From Alphaproteobacteria bacterium (lineage in GTDB: Bacteria; Pseudomonadota; Alphaproteobacteria; Caulobacterales; Caulobacteraceae), in NCBI GenBank assembly GCA_043734425.1, contig JAYTFM010000020.1, positions 50,060 to 114,059 on the forward strand: a stretch of 64,000 nucleotides of DNA. Reading direction: 5' to 3'. Position 1 is the first letter of the stretch; every line of letters starts with the position of its first letter. Under the pieces are notes generated by a model, which saw only the letters and a program-made list of their open reading frames with translations, ran no database searches and had not been told where the DNA came from. Shown one piece after another: positions 63,129-64,000 of the stretch. The position numbers and the translations under genes are program-made.

Positions 63129-64000
63129 TTGACCGCAGATCTAGCCGCGCGCGGGGCGAACGGGGCGGGGGCGTCGCCTGGCGCGTTCAGGCTGTCGCTG
63201 TTTGGCCCGGTCGAACTCAGGGCGCCTGACAACTCCGAGATCGTCATCGCCAATCGCCGCGCCCGCGCGCTGCTGGCCATGCTGGCGCTGGAGGCGGACC
63301 CGCCGATGACCCGCGAGCAGCTCAGTGCGCGCCTCTGGCCCGGCCGGTTCGCGGCCCAGGCGCGCGCCAGTCTGCGGCAATGCCTTCTGGACCTGGGCAA
63401 GCTTCTGGGACCGACCGGGTCAGACGCCGTCCTGGCGCGGCGCGATCGGCTTGGGCTGAACGCCGCCCTGTGGCGCACCGATCTGGGCGATCTGGAGTCC
63501 CATCTCGCGACCAGTGACTTCGCCAGCGCCATCGCGGCGTTGCGCCAGATTGGCGAGCGCCCGCTGCTGGACCAGCTGAGCTTTGGCGACGACTTTGAGG
63601 CCTGGCGTGCGGCCTGCCGGCGGAAGGTCGAGCAGCGGCTGCAAGCCGCCGTTCGCGGTGGGCTTGCCGAGCTTGCGCGGCGCGGCGATCTGATCACCCA
63701 CGCGGCGCTGCTGGAGGCCTGGGCGGTGCGCGACCCCAGTGCGTGGCGCCATGCGATCTCCAGCCCGGATGGCGGCAGGATCCGGATCGCGGTGCTGCCG
63801 TTCGCGGCCCTCGGCCTGGAGACTGGCCAGGACTATTTCGCCGACGGCATGGCCGAGGAGCTGATCACCGCGCTGGGCCAGGCGCCGCAGCTGCGGGTCG
63901 CCGGTCGGACCTCCTCGTTTCACTTCCGCAATTCCGATCTGTCCGCGCCGGAAATCGCTAACGCCCTGCGGGTCACGCATGTGGTCGAAGGCTCGGTGCA
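63129..64000 (+). CDS. AfsR/SARP-like wHTH + TolB-N-like regulator (partial, runs off the window)
   Basis: TTG 63129 frame: FRLSLFGPVEL...RRARALLAMLAL...TREQLSARLWP...ARASLRQCL...IAVLPF...DYFADGMAEELITAL; absent from the ORF track because it has no stop in the window. Confidence 0.85.
   Translation, partial: MTADLAARGANGAGASPGAFRLSLFGPVELRAPDNSEIVIANRRARALLAMLALEADPPMTREQLSARLWPGRFAAQARASLRQCLLDLGKLLGPTGSDAVLARRDRLGLNAALWRTDLGDLESHLATSDFASAIAALRQIGERPLLDQLSFGDDFEAWRAACRRKVEQRLQAAVRGGLAELARRGDLITHAALLEAWAVRDPSAWRHAISSPDGGRIRIAVLPFAALGLETGQDYFADGMAEELITALGQAPQLRVAGRTSSFHFRNSDLSAPEIANALRVTHVVEGSV

Overview
High-GC alphaproteobacterial chromosome segment, Caulobacteraceae-like (Phenylobacterium/Caulobacter). 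The assignment rests on gene content, CtrA/GANTC promoter motifs, and PEPxxWA and UrcA proteins. The backbone is core: the end of the dcw cluster (mraY-murD-ftsW-murG...murC-murB-ddl-ftsQ-ftsA-ftsZ), lpxC-bamD-recN-ligA, pepP, prmA, uvrD, aspartate aminotransferase, leuA, modABC and mreBCD-mrdA-rodA. Small accessory insertions and three families of intergenic palindromic repeats are scattered through it. No rRNA, tRNA, CRISPR array, prophage or intact transposase was seen. The most unusual element is a ~1019-aa orphan protein (57600-60659). By eye it has a DUF4412-like N-terminus, two BPI/LBP (TULIP)-like lipid-binding regions and a central hydrophobic hairpin, and it lies between a PsrA-type operator and a truncated resolvase. 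Other highlights: a POT transporter with a degenerate ExxER motif plus a cupin between murG and murC; a candidate leaderless uORF attenuator before a GNAT; a Leu-rich leuA leader peptide; a PEP-CTERM gene bracketed by related REP hairpins; a divergent UrcA / membrane wHTH-TPR pair; a LexA-boxed DUF4130 gene lacking its UDG partner; and atypical toxin-antitoxin pieces. All family assignments come from motif recognition by eye; no searches were run.
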